Part shown: in pieces, positions 42,642 to 56,385 of the stretch
Position numbering within the stretch: the first letter of the stretch is position 1
Layout: every line of letters starts with the position of its first letter
NCBI GenBank assembly: GCA_051362555.1
Contig: CM120640.1
Coordinates: 2,542,001-2,606,000, forward strand
Source of the DNA: Lingula anatina
Taxonomy: Eukaryota > Animalia > Brachiopoda
DNA length: 64,000 nucleotides
Direction: 5' to 3'
Notes under the pieces: generated by a model
What the model saw: the letters and a program-made list of their open reading frames with translations, nothing else
What the model was told of the DNA's origin: nothing
The model's database searches: none
Program-made: the position numbers and the translations under genes

Positions 42642-43665
42642 AGGCAGACTGATATGAAGACAACCTTTTTGAAGAAAGAAGAACAAATAACGGTTTTATA
42701 ATGAAAAGAAGAATAATGTTTTTTACACTTACCAGGATAGATTAAAATCAGTAGAGACCATGTGCAGTTCTTTTTCTTTATATGCTTTATTAATTTATTT
42801 CATTCTTATTAACTGAAATGTACAGTTGAATGTCTTGACCTGCCTTAGAATAAAGTGGTGTTACCAATTTCTTAATCTAGAACAAATGTGACTATGTCTA
42901 AGGGACACCATAATTTGTCTGGTAAAAAAAAGCAATTTTTAATATTTTATTGTATTTATTTTTTTTCAATTTACCTGCATCATAATATTTATTGTTTTTC
43001 AAGGCCTCCGGCCCATAGTACATAATAATAATAATAATAACAATAATAATAATAGTAAAGTCCATTAGAAGTATTAATGGTTATTCATTTTTGTCAGTGA
43101 TCCAAAATTTCTTTTCTAATATAAAAGCATTAAATATATAAGCAGCTTGACTAGAGATTAAATTTGTTTTTTTGTGGTCATTAATCTTAAAAACTTTCTT
43201 TAGTAGGATTATTCACTTGCAGATATTTTTCTCTTAATTCTGTATATGCTACACATGCCATTAGAAAATGGTATTCGTCTTCAATATCATAAATATTGTT
43301 TTTATTATTTTTATTTATATATTTATTTATTTATATATTTTTGATAATAAAAGATGGCTTTTTATGAACTAAGAGGTCTCTAGCTTTTATGGTTTCAGAA
43401 TTCCGAGAGTTTTCATTTTCAGCATCCAGTGACTGCTTCCCCCGTGAAAATCCACCATTTTTCCCCAAACTCGGGATGATGACAGGTGACCCCAAGTCTG
43501 ACTTCTCACCATAACATCAAAGCAAATCGGCACAAACAAATATTTTTCCACAGAAAAAAAAAATTTTTTTACAATATTTTTGCCAATGAGCAAATCTGAG
43601 GTCAATGTATTTGAAATCTCAACTTTAGGCAGTAAGCCTGCATCGTACGCTGTTAGAACTACACC

Positions 43666-43854
43666 CAGGGGCGAATCCAGGATTATTTGAAGGGGGATCT
43701 GCGGATGAGAAGCCGACCCTTATCACCCCGTTGGTGTGGGGTCCGCTGAAGGGCCCCCGAGAAATTTTGGTATATTAGAGGTGGAATGGTGCAATTTGGT
43801 ACGGTTTAGAACTATAATTCAGCCTCTTAATCGACCCCCTCTAAATCCACCACT
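43666..43854. mobile_element. Short dispersed non-autonomous element with CAG...CTG termini; related end fragments at about 40230-40252 and 41430-41450
   Basis: Imperfect terminal inverted repeats caggggcgaatccagg / cctctaaatccaccactg. A similar ctctaaatccgccattg occurs at about 40237. Confidence 0.5.
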
Positions 43855-44407
43855 GAGTAGGAACAAGATTTGTCTACTTTAAAGCCCGATATTGTTCATC
43901 ATTAAGGAAAGCCAAATATTGTGAAAACATGTTTTGACAGTCTACATTGTATTGACTGCATAAACGCAATGGATGATATAGATGTTCTTTTAAACGGTTC
44001 TGTAACACTTACAGTATTGGGTAACATTAATTTAGTTTTTATTGTTGTTACAATAAATTGTGATTGTGTAATGGAGTCATTACATGTCAACTTATCAACA
44101 GCAAGGGTACACTCTGTCAAGAAAATTTCTGATTTTCACATATTTTATAGATATTACGGAGATTTAAAAAAAAATTTAGATTAATATCTCATTTGGTGTT
44201 CGAGTTATGGGAAGTTTCGGCCCCAGTGAGAGTTTCTTCCTTAAAGTCAATATTGTCCCATAAATCCTCTGACGAAACCTGCTGTCATATCATTGGAGGA
44301 TAGCACCTGGGGTCAGTCAATACTGGCCTCTAGGCCTACAGTGGTTAAAGTATATGATACTGTATGAGCAAACTTATTCAATAATTTGAGCAGTTGGGAA
44401 GACCCAG

Positions 44408-46694
44408 TCAAGTGCCTTGTTGAGCCAGTGACTTTGGGGTCCTTTTCCTCCCTTTAGATGATAATTGTACGATATCCCCACAAATTGACAGCAGCTTGGT
44501 GTGAACTTCTTCTGGCAAAGAGAGATTATCTAACGTTGGCTCTTCAGAAGCGGAAATGGCCCAAGAAAGGAGATTATATAGCTCATTAGGAATGAATTCT
44601 TTGGCTGCTGCATTGGTACACTCACAAGAGAAGGAATGCCATGGTGTCGTCATATCTGGGGTGTCTTTCAAGCAAGACTTGAGTATCATACCAGCTTGGA
44701 ATAAGCTGACCAGTTTTCCACCATTCCTTTCTTCTGTTCTTCTCTGTGGGGTTGATATAGCTTCCCCCTTAGATTTAGCCCCTGATGTACCAGAACTACC
44801 TTTTTTGTTCTTCAGATGGTCTGTTGGCTGTAGTTCCTTCACAAACACAGACTCACTTCTATTTCCCTGAATTTTACGGAAAATCAGCTGTGGAAAATCT
44901 CTCATCAGCCATCTCTTGAGTTTATCATTCCTGAATAACAAAAAGAGAAATAATAAGATGTAGAACAACATCAGTAATAATGAATCAATATCCAGACTTC
45001 ACTCTCTGAGTGATTATTTGAAACAATTAAATGTGTGATGAAATCCTAACTGAACTGAACAACTATACTTTTATTACCCTTTTTTAATTAAAAAATTACC
45101 AGTCAGTCCCTCACCTAATACCAGATGTGTCACCATCTGAATGTTTTTCAATTTCAGCCTTGAACAGTGAGTTCAGTTTGCTCAACTGCAGAACCTCCAT
45201 CCTGCGTATCAGTCTTTTTTTTACAACAAAGTTACAAAATGCTTTGTAGCTATTTTCATATTGCACGGGTTTAGCTGGCCTATAAGGAGAAAAGCAAAGG
45301 AGATAAAAATATGTTAAGTAAATTTAAATAAAATGAAGGACCACTCATCCTTTACGAGAAGTAATTTTAGCTCATTAACAAAATACTAGAAAGGAAATGA
45401 CCTTGATTCAATGATCTGGCCTAGTTGATATGGTTACATGCCTATACGTCCCCGCACAGATACTCCCCCGCACCAATACTTCCCCCACAATTACAGATAT
45501 ACTGAGGGGAAGTATCGGTGTGTGGGAGTATCGGTGTGGGGATGTACCGGTGCGGGGATCTATCGGTGTGGGGTCATATCGATGCGCATAATACCAAAAA
45601 TTACTAAGGGGGAGTATCGGTGCGGGGGAGTAATGGTGCGGGGGAGTATCGACATGACCCCGTTGATACATACATCTTTTTGTCTCCTGCATGTCTGGTA
45701 TAGGTATTGAAGCACTTCCTGTGATATTTCAATTTAATCGCTACACAATCTTTGCCCCTTATGTGCACAAGGACAGACTCATCATCTTTTAATTCTGCTG
45801 ACTTGGTCAAGTTGCCTATGAGTAGAAGAACAGAAATGAAACATAATTGCAAGAATATTGGGCGGACTTTGGATGAAAAGTTCATGTCATATGCAATAAG
45901 TAAATTTTATTATTTATCATATTATTTGTACAACATTTCTCTAATCCCTCAATAAAATATTTAGAGAGCTAATATAACTACTTGTTTCAAAATGTAAACT
46001 GAATTATCAATGCGACTCACATGATTTTTACATAAAAATGTTTTCAATGTGAAAGAAATATCAGAACCTAATTTTGATATGTGCTATTACGATGAAAATA
46101 TATTTTCCAAAAATCACCAAGTCACCAAATATGTGTACACACAAAATAACTGCGCATTGTAATAATATCAAACCATAAACAATGCACATGCAGGTTATGG
46201 TTTCATTTTACTCAATCATATACACACCTGCAGTTACAGTTTCTGCTTGCATCAGCCTATCTCTTTCCCTATTATTTCTCACCGTTATCCACTTTTCCTT
46301 TTTCTTGCATATAACACAAATATCTGGCCAAAGATGTCCTGAACCAGTAAAAGCTGGAGATGAAGAGCGTAGTTTTTTAGTAGGAGGTTCTGTTGCTTTT
46401 TCCACATGGACTGCCCCCTGAAAGATGTGACCAATGATTAGGTACATAAACATGCAGCAATACAAAGTATTTTCTTTTGATGTTTTCTGCTTGATCACAT
46501 TTTGTTTATGTTGCAACCTGACTGTGTAAAATTAAATCTGTAACAAGGATTTTTGAGTCACATGCCGGGGTATGCACATACACAAACAGGCATACACTCG
46601 TAAATTATGCTATAAACCATCGCATGTAGTAGTTAGGAAGCCTTGTAAGTTGTATGAGAAAAAGAAAACTTACCCTTTCTTTCACTTTCTTCAT
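44408..46694 (-). mobile_element. Spliced, C-terminally truncated DNA-transposase-like gene (probably Academ-type N-terminal half); exons 46694-46674, 46417-46228, 45815-45674, 45279-45115, 44930-44408
   Basis: Five exons join in frame (1041 nt, 346 aa). Motifs include CVICKK...DCVAIKLKYHRKCF and IPNELYNLLSWAI...LLSICGDIV...TPKSLA. A frameshifted continuation RHLTGSSQLLKLLNKFAHTVSY follows. I recall these motifs from invertebrate Academ-like transposases; the family assignment is not verified. Confidence 0.6.
45431..45662. mobile_element. MITE with internal ~15-bp subrepeats (GGGGAGTATCGGTGC) inserted in an intron of the transposase-like gene
   Basis: TTGATA flanks both sides (45425-45430 and 45663-45668). 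Inverted subrepeats gatactcccccgcacc / ggtgcgggggagtatc are present. Confidence 0.65.
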
Positions 46695-47108
46695 CTTGTA
46701 TATTCTATGAGTATGATGTGTCCGTAGTAAAACATGAGACCTACAGATACTGGTTTGGGTAAAATTGGGTCAAGTTTTCTCGACTTTCCCCAAGTAATTT
46801 AAGTTAAAGGACTTGCTGCACACGTTCGAAATCTCAGGGTGATGACCAAATGCACGGTACCGCACTGGCCAAGCTCTGTAACCTTTGACCTGTCCTTTTT
46901 CTTTTAAAACGCGTGTGCACTGACGTCAGATTATGCGAGAATCCGTCGCACCAATAACATCGAGAGAATGTTGCAAGTGCGGCGCACTTATGTTTATAAA
47001 TGGCGACCTAGCAGAACACATTTTAAATTATTGAAAAGAAGCGATTTCAAATATTTTTATTCTTTAGTGCTATTCACTCTTAGTTTGTTTAATGTTAAGA
47101 GATCAAAG

Positions 47109-50100
47109 ATGACAGACGGATTTGGTTCTATTACATGGTGGGGATTTAGCCCTGTGCTAGATTTGCAGGACAAAGGTAAGTCTGCTAGCTTCAGTAATTT
47201 TCTTACCAAGAAGGCACATTTATTTATGCTACAATTAAAACTATGTGTAGATCGCTTTATCTTAATGCTATGTTTTATTTTATTGTTTACAATATTTATG
47301 ATACATTTATTTATACTTTTCAGATTTATGCTCTCATCTACAAAATGTACAACTTGGAGATGGAGAGTTGCCTGGTAGGATCATAAAACTGAACCCATTT
47401 ACCCATTTGATAGTACATGTAGCTACCAGCAGTTTAATTTTCTAAGTCTTTTCCTTCAAACAATAAGATTAAGGTATTTTATTTAAATAATTTTAAAAAA
47501 TAATGTACCACATGACTCCACTCCGCTGTTAAGTCCAGTACAATCAGATTGTGTTGTTTTATCTTTCAGAGCTCAACATTTTGATGGTCGGGGCTGGAGA
47601 CTGTCGTCATATTCTTAAAACATTGGCACATACATACAGATGGCCAAGACGGAAAATAAATGTGAGAATGACTTAGAAACTATCACAGTGTACAACTAAT
47701 CCATATTGAGAAGACTTTACTTTTTATGGAACTTATACACACAGTATATGGTATATTATTTGCAAGTAAACTAATACAAACTTGACCATTTCATCATGAG
47801 TTGTTTTCATGTTGTTATTTGATAATTTTTTGCAATTAAAATTTCATTTTTAGTTCTACATTTTGGAGGCCAACATGGAGTGTTATGCAAGGCATCTTTT
47901 GTTACTTACTATTGCCTTGGAATCCCAAAACAGAATGGGACTGCAAGGTACTAGAAAATAAAGGCACTTTCTGCCTGTGGGTTTTTATTTTCTTTGCATA
48001 GGTTACTATCTAACTTTGAATAATGATAATTCTTTTTTTAAATCCATTAAAAAAAAAACAAATTGTTCCTTACTTAAAATTGTAATACTTTTATTTCAGA
48101 GAAAACAGAACTATTCATGGAACTCTTTGGGAATACACTCGTCAGACAACAGACCTGTGAATATTTGGAATCCATGTCAAATGAATTTATCAAGTAATGT
48201 TAACTTACTTTGGGGGTGGGGGTGGGGGTTAAAGATTCATTAATTGGTAGTTTTCTAAAATAGTTCATTCATAAAGATTTGACTAGAAATACTTTTAAGA
48301 TGATATTTCTCTTCTCAGTTGATAAACATAGTTTTCTTCAGATTCATGTGAATAACTTGAAGGCTGTTATTTTTTAGTAGCAAACCATTTACTTTTATTT
48401 TATCTTTTAAATACCAGAGCAATTGACATAAATATGAGAATAACAATAAAACACACCAATACTATTAAAGCTTTTGAAAACTTGTCTTTTTTATCTTGAA
48501 TCAGTATCATTTTCATAATTTTCAGGATGGTGACAGATTTTGATCATTTAGAGAAAAAGATGCCAATTATAGACATGTCTAGTTTAAAGGTAATAAATGA
48601 CACATCCGATTCAAACACAGAGTCTTCTTTCTGCAACCAATATATTGAAAAATTATACTTTGAAAAATTTGAAATGACTAATTGAAATTGTAGAAATAGA
48701 ATTATTATGACTGAAGCTGATATTTCTTTTTTTTTTTTTTTTATTACTTTTCAGTTTAAGGAAAGAGATTTCCTAGAAGGAATATTTAAATTTTGGAGGA
48801 ATAAAGATCACCAGATATTTGATGTTTCAAAGTGTTGGTAAGTTAATGTTTATTACATTGCTCAAATATGTTATTGTTTTAATCAAGTTTTGAATGCTTT
48901 AAATCATAGGGACACAGGGTTTATTAGCAGACCAATACATGGAAAACAATTCAATAATTTGACCTCAACGTGCCAGTTTGGTATAAGTTCAGTTATATCT
49001 GTTGCTTCCATTATTTTGTAATGTAGGTATCTAATATCAAATCTACTTTTAGGGATCTGAGACTCAGGCAGTATCTTGGGACCAGATATGATGCTAGGAA
49101 TGGTGTTTTTGATTGGGATTACAACATGAAATTGGTTGAAAGGGGAGTAAGTATATGGTCTGTAGAAGAATAATCTGTTAGAATTTCCATTCCATCAACA
49201 AGTTCACTTTAATGTGTGAAACAATCTTTTGATAAATCAAGGTTATTTAGAATGTATCTTGAAAAATGCTTGTGTCACATATAAAATTTCAGATCACATA
49301 ATTAATGTGCTTTCCTTTACTTTATGTTTAAGTTAACAGCACTTGTAAAACAGTGTGGTGTGTGTTGTGTTGTACCACATGCAATAGGGCCATCACAATA
49401 CCCTCAAATGTTGTGCTACGGCATGTTGATTGTTTTTTGCTACATCATAGGAATCAAAAGATATTCACTTCTGTAGATAATGTTCACAAATTTTCACAAA
49501 CAACGAACACAATGTAACAGAGTGGAGCAAGAAAAAACGATGCACTATGCCGTGATAGTATGTGTCCTACTGATGTGGCATTGATATGATTTTGCCAATG
49601 TATTTATTAAAAATAGAAAGCTGTCAAATCATATTATTGTTTTACACAATTTTGAAAGAATACAGAATTATTGAGTTTTATATCCAAATTATTAATTTTT
49701 TAGGCAAAAATAATCCACAAAACTGAATACAACAGATGGAGGAATACAGGAGTGGCATTTGAAATCAGAGAAGGAAACTATGAATTTCCAAACAAAACAC
49801 TTGCATCTGGACTTCTTCTCAAAACTCAAGTATGATGTCATATTAATGTGTTGTCCACAGTTTACTCGTTTATGGATTTATTTTCATATTGTGAGTGTTG
49901 TTGCCCAGTTAAACTAACATACTTATTTAAGTAAGATGGGATAACGTGCACTATGTTTAAAAATATTAAATCAGTGTCAGATCTGAAATATGTAAGCTGA
50001 TTTTTTGTATGTTTTTCTAGGATGGTGACAAAGTAGCAAGAAGAGGATACTGGGGAGATGTGTTAGTTGGACCCTTCATTGCATTTGGGTTGGAAAGCGA

Positions 50101-52080
50101 AGAAAAGAGCTTTTTCAAGACATACAATGGCCTCCACACCAAGGTAAATAAGTGAGCTAAGATATGGCACACTTTTGAGGTAGCCTCTTTTAATACAGTG
50201 ATGGTATATAGAAAAGCAGTGCATGGAGTCAGAAGGGCACAGGACAATATTTTTAATTTATGTAATTGTATAAGTAGTTGCTGTGTTATCTTATTGCATG
50301 ATGTTTTTCTACTCTCTTTTTTGACATTTTTCATCTTCTTTTTAACATATTTTGTAGATGGCTGGAGATGTTACAGAATTCAATGTTACATCCATGCTTC
50401 ATGAAATATTGAATAAGACAAAATATGAATTACCACAGATGGAGGATACCAAAGAAGAGGAGGAACAAAAGGGACCAAAGTTGCAAGGTTTGGAATGAAA
50501 ATAACTCCAAGAAAAATTAAGCATCAGTTTGGAATTCTTTGTTGTGCATCAGCACATTGTTTTTTTCAATTTGCCTCGTGTCAATTTCCTCTCCTTGAAA
50601 TTACTATCTATCATGTTGACCAGTAGAATAATTTGTCATCTCTAAATAAATATCTTCACACAGAGATCAGAGAGGAGGATGAATTGGAAGAGGAAGAAGA
50701 GGACCAAAATAATGTGAAGCAGCCAGAGCCAGAACCACCAGCAGCAGACGCTGAAACAGAGCAAACACCACTGGAACAAGAATTTGGTAAAAAAAAAGTT
50801 TCCAGTTTTGACACTTTATCTTGGCTTGAGAGACAGAATTATCTTATTGTGTTTATTTAGTCTGTTATTGGAGTTATTTTAATGGTGGCTCTGTAAACTT
50901 TGTAGAAATCCACCCCAACTGCATCATCATATTTCTTATTTCAAAGCATTATAGTAAAATTGAACTTGTTTTCTTTTATTTCTAGTCTCTGTCCCAGTCG
51001 AAAACTTCAAAGTCCACTTTTTACCCTTAAACTGTGCTCAAGACTTGTCAAAGAAAAGCAAATACCAAAAACTGTTCAACATTGCATATTTTTCAAACAG
51101 GTAAGTTCAGTGAAGAATTTAATTTTGTGGAGGCATGAGTGATAAAGCTGGGAAACCTCTTTGTTGTGAAACAGCTGACTAAAATGTTGATTACATCAGC
51201 TGAAAGTGAGATATTAAATAAAACAACCCAAACTATATTGTGTCCATTTTCTGAACATATGAGGTAATGGAGTTAAAATGCTCAGAATATTGGAAGCTCA
51301 TCAATTCCTGTATTAATGTAATAACACATAATCAATATTTATTATGAACATACTCGTTATTATAATTCTCTATTTGTTTGTTTGAATTGTTCCAGCATGG
51401 TGCACCATTTGACACCAGAGCTGGCTGCCATTTTTGCTGACAAGGCATCTGTGATTTTAGAATTAACACTGTAAGTGTTTGCTATTATGTTGTTATTATT
51501 TAAAGTTAAAGTAGTTCTGTCATGACAATAAATTAATGTGACAGCTACATGTATCACGATAACAAATACTGCATCATCACTATGCCATCCAACATTTTTA
51601 GATGACAGCCTCTTATTATTTTTACTTATAATTGTAATATGTTATTATTTTAATTTCTATCAGGTACATGCTGGAGCTCCGTCCAGAGAATATCAAGTTG
51701 TTTTCTGAAAAAGTGACCAATATGGCTAAAGCTGCTGGTTGTGAGGTATGTAACAATGAATATGGACATGTGAGGGCACATTTATAAATTTTTGTGATAC
51801 CTTTTTCATCAATGTAGTTGACGTGTGCTGTTTTCCTGTCTCAGATCGTGTACTTTTGCAGTTCGATAGATATATTTTTTTTTACAAACCCTCAAAATAA
51901 CTTTGTATTGTTTTTTACATAGTGCTGTCTTGTACTATTCTGTTATAATACCAGTCTACAAGAAAAGGAACGACAAATGTGAGAATCAAATTGTTACTAT
52001 GTGATCTATTTTTGTTTCAGGTCGCTGCTCCCTGTAATCCAGAAAAAGACAATTTTGCCAGGTTTACATTTAGTCGGTGA
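47109..52080 (+). CDS. DNAAF3: Dynein axonemal assembly factor 3 (PF22), about 16 coding exons
   Basis: Translation gives [97 protein letters not shown] and [16 protein letters not shown]. Introns are GT-AG. A CRE (TGACGTCA) is at 46921. Confidence 0.95.
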
Positions 52081-52987
52081 TAAAAAATAATACTGCCTCT
52101 GCCACTTTTAAGTTCTGTAAAAGAAGCATTTCTTATATGGAACGCAAGTCTTTCTGGAATTATTTTTATAACATTTTCAGATGATTTTTAACAAAATAAA
52201 CGTCCAGTTAATTTGAATAAGTAATGTCAGTAAAAGAACACAGCTGTAACTAACTGTTTACCTTAAAATCAACTGCGGTACAGTTATACATGTATTAATT
52301 GCCAGAATTTCAGGACATTTGCGGTTTTCCTTATGAACGGAATAACTTTTTTCTACAGGTTTTTTTTTTTGAGGACATCTTTATGGTCATTATCAATAAC
52401 ATTGTTCACGGTCCAAGGAATTATATTTTCTTCTAATTTTAGTGATAATGATCACTTATTTTGGAATCTTAAGTGAAACGGCTCTGTAGTAATTGGCAGA
52501 ATGACCTTGTTATAGATTCCCCAAACTACTACCCCGAGTGGGAGTCATTCACAGGTCTACCAACACCCAATGACCTGTGGGCACTCAGCCTGATGATGCT
52601 CTCAAGACAAAAATAAAATAAAATATCATTAGAATAATTAGTAGAAATCTTTATTGACGTGTTTAAAATGATAATAATGTGGGTTTATCAACATAACGAT
52701 GCAACTCAACTCCTAAACCAAGGTCCAACAGAAGACCAATGTAGATTATGGACCAATGTAGAAAAAACCATTTGTACAAAAGATATTACATGATAATAAA
52801 GTTTATTATATAAGTTTAAAACTTACATCAATTGTTACAAAATAAGATTATGATGTAAACTGCTTCATTCGAGATACTTCGTGAAATGCAAATAAATGTC
52901 ATATTTAATCATGTTTAAAAAAAGGAAAAAATATTTCACGTCTGCGTCCACAATCTACAAGTACATCATTTGTGTAGCTGCTCTTTA

Positions 52988-53241
52988 GAATACGCATGGT
53001 GTCCAGATATTCACTGTTGTTGTGAAATACGAATTTTGTGCAGATATTCATATTGTTAGAAAGTACGCTTGTTGTTCAGATATTCACAGTTGTTGGAAAA
53101 TACGCATGTTGTACAGATATTCACATTATTAGAAAATACGCATTTTGTCCAGATATTCATATTATTGGAAAATACGAATTTTGTCCAGATATTCATTTTA
53201 TTGGAAAATATGTATGTTGTCTAGATATTCACAGTTGTTGG
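52988..53241. repeat. About 36-bp minisatellite, ~7 units, starting at the stop codon of the TCF23/24-like gene
   Basis: cagatattca recurs at about 53004, 53041, 53077, 53114, 53150, 53186 and 53222. Confidence 0.9.
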
Positions 53242-54939
53242 CCCAGTGGCGAGAAAGAAGCGTCTTCGTCACTGCTGCTATTGCTTGTGTAGCAGTATTT
53301 CTGAGTACTGTCTGAATTGCCATTCGCAAGATCGCTGGTGCTTGTTGTGATGCCTTGGTAAAGCCGTGAACGCATTGGCCATTTCTGAAATATAGAAAAC
53401 ATTTTTTATGCCATGTTGTTGAAGAGGATCTTAAAGCTCTTTATTTCTAACCAACGGTTTCTACCCACTGAACCATTGGTTCAGTCCAATACAAAAAAAA
53501 GCAATTACCAGAGGACATCAAAACATTTTTTTTATGCCATGTTGTTGAAGAGGATCTTAAAGCTCTTTATTTCTAACCAACGGTTTCTACCCACTGAACC
53601 ATTGGTTCAGTCAAATACAAAAAAAGCAATTACCAGAGGACATCGATTCTTTTTCAGTGGCTAAACAAAAAAAGGCCATTGTGCATTTTTAATGACATAT
53701 ACACCTTCACAGGCATGCAGGCGTTGGATAAAAAAAGAAACCACTCTTTTAATAGGCACGCACTAATGACTTTAATCATAAATGGTCAATTCCGCAAAGC
53801 GTAAATTCTTAATTTCACATATTTCTACCTTTATCAGATGTTGGAAATAGAATCATATGAAAACAAACCGCGGTTGGGAACATGGTGAATCCATTCGTTG
53901 CCTACATATTAACCGTTTAACAATATTGACTTAGAAAATAAACCACGCTATTCTGGACTAATTGCAGTTGATCCACGCTTTAAATTAACAAAATGAAGAG
54001 ACAAGCTGCCGCTGTGAAGGCGCGGGTCGCGTGGCAAAAACAAGAAAAAATCGCCAAACTTTTCTGGGTTAATGATTTTTAAGTCACACGATTAAGCCTT
54101 TACAGAACAAATATTTAACTTCATGGAAATATCTACACTTTGCCTAAATCAAAAAGATATATCATATCTCAACAAAATTACGATCTACAACCTTGTATTT
54201 AAGACCTTATTTCTATTTTTGAGACTCTATCGAACGGAGATACAGATATTATGTCATATTAAGGTCTAACGCACTCTTAACATCTTTAAAATCCATGTAT
54301 ATGATTGGTAGGCCCTCGTTTGGAGGGAACCGTTGACGGCAACTTCAGAACTCCCTTTTGTTTTGTTTACGTTTTTGAGAGATGGCCAATGTGCAAAGTA
54401 TACATACTTTTTTTAGCTCGAGAAAAATTTTATGTCAAAAATGCATTTTGATCACCTTACTGACCTTTTTCAATTATAGTGTCTATTTGTATACATTAAG
54501 CATAAGACAGCTGCGCCTGCATAATACAGAATATATCATTTCTGTTGGTCGACGTTGACCAAGGATTCACACTCATGCATGTTTAGCTTACCTTGACTGG
54601 GTGTAGATACGTTTTCATTAGTGGTATCTGAGTCTCAGCACATGTTTTATTGGTTGAATCCATTCCAGGAGAGTCGGTGTCTAAAGTCTTCATTAGATGA
54701 GCTATATACGTTGTGGCCAATACTAAGATATCTAATTTGGACAACTTGGTATCTGGCGGCACCGACGGTAACGTCTTCTGGAGGTCCAGGAACGCTCCAC
54801 GTAACGTCTGCACCCTGGAACGCTCTCTTGCAGCGTTGGCTCCGCAAGGTCTGCCTCTGCGGCGTCTGGTAGGAGCATGTTCCGTGGAAATAAAGCCGGT
54901 GGTTTTGAAGTTACCGTTGTGATCACGCTCTGCCTTCAT
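53229..54939 (-). CDS. TCF24: bHLH transcription factor, TCF23/TCF24 (MyoRb/OUT)-like; exons 54939-54592, 53384-53229
   Basis: Contains [49 protein letters not shown] and the spliced YLHPVK|KWPMRSRLY, which is diagnostic of TCF23/24. Confidence 0.88.
53396..53644. repeat. Near-perfect 126-bp tandem duplication next to the exon-2 acceptor of the TCF24-like gene
   Basis: ccatgttgttgaagaggatc occurs at 53411 and 53537, with few differences between the copies. Confidence 0.9.
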
Positions 54940-56338
54940 TGTCAGTGAGAGTTGCTGGCTGGCACTTTTAAAACCCGGATTGGATGAATTGTTTGACTAT
55001 TAGCCAGCAGACTTATATTCAGTTCATTAAAAGCAATCTTGTCTTGGACGAAATACTTGAGGGGTTTTATGCCCAACGGCTGTCTCTGTCAGGTACGCTT
55101 CTTACTTTTATATACTATCTTTGATAAAAAAATGTCACCATCAGTTTTATCTTCTTACCATCAAATCCTTGAGGTGTCCCATAATTTTAATCAGTTCCGC
55201 GTTTTGTTGATAGAAGGACTTGTCCTATTCTATGGCACGTTTCTGTGCAGTGAAAACCACTTGTTGATCGAAAGATCGGTCGTAATTGAAATAATCGACT
55301 ATTATTCCAGCAATTTATAGAAGATCGGGTTTGGGATAGTGGTTTCCTTAACAATTGCCAAGACCTGCAGACTTTGTACAAGTGCCATTGGCGTCGCTGT
55401 GCAGCGGGAGTCGGAGCTACTTCAACAAGGTGGTTTCATGTTTGGCGGGGACGCGGGCTTACCCGATACACGAGGGAGACGCTGATTCACTTTGACACAT
55501 CTTGAATTCATGTCGCATGATTTCGTTCAGTGGTAACAGCGGTTAAAATGCTGATTAAGAGGTGGGGCGCTGCTGAGATGTATTCGTACCTCTTCCCAAA
55601 CCACCTGTAGTTGGAACAGTCCACACTGAGGGATTCTGCCACCGTCTTGTGCTGCCCTTATCAGATCACATACTATTCTTGCCTCTGTTTTGTTTGCGTT
55701 TTTTTTCTCTTTTTTCGGGTTTCTTCAAAGTGAGCTCTAACGTGATTAAATCTACCGAAGAAAAACGTAAGTTGATATAAGATTAATTTTCATTTCATAG
55801 ACAATAGATTTATTTTTCATTCTGTTCTAATTGCTGACTTTTGCTGATTGTTATTTGAGAGTCTGGTCGTGTTCAATCTCTGATAGCCTCAAGCACAGCG
55901 TCTGCATCTTCGTGGTTTGATGGCCGCATTGATTACGTCCTGTGACAACAATAAACAAACCGTGTTGATTTTGTGTTTTAATTCGGAGAATGTGGACCTA
56001 TCAATTACATAGGATTACTTTTGGCAAGTTAGGGTCAGGGAGAGGTTCCTAGATAACCAATCAAAAAATAAACGACACCTTAATCCAAACAAAATTGATC
56101 CTTCTCTGCTAACTTTATCGGAGCTGCCAGCTTGTCAGTGTTACGGGGAAATAACCGTATCTTTTAGTTGCTGGATTTCTGATCTTCGACTTTTGGAATT
56201 AATTGGGTTTGTATATGTTGAAGTATCTAATCGAAATATTTTTGTGCCCGTTTTTGTGTGTGAGTTCGTGCGCGTGAGTTTGCATGTGCGTGTGTCAGAC
56301 TGTGCATGCGCCGGCAATCGTGCGCATGTGTGTGTGTG

Positions 56339-56385
<47 letters not shown>

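Noticed and set aside
52988-53241. 36-bp repeats as a CRISPR-like array
   Set aside because: The units are contiguous without unique spacers, the context is eukaryotic, and there are no cas genes.
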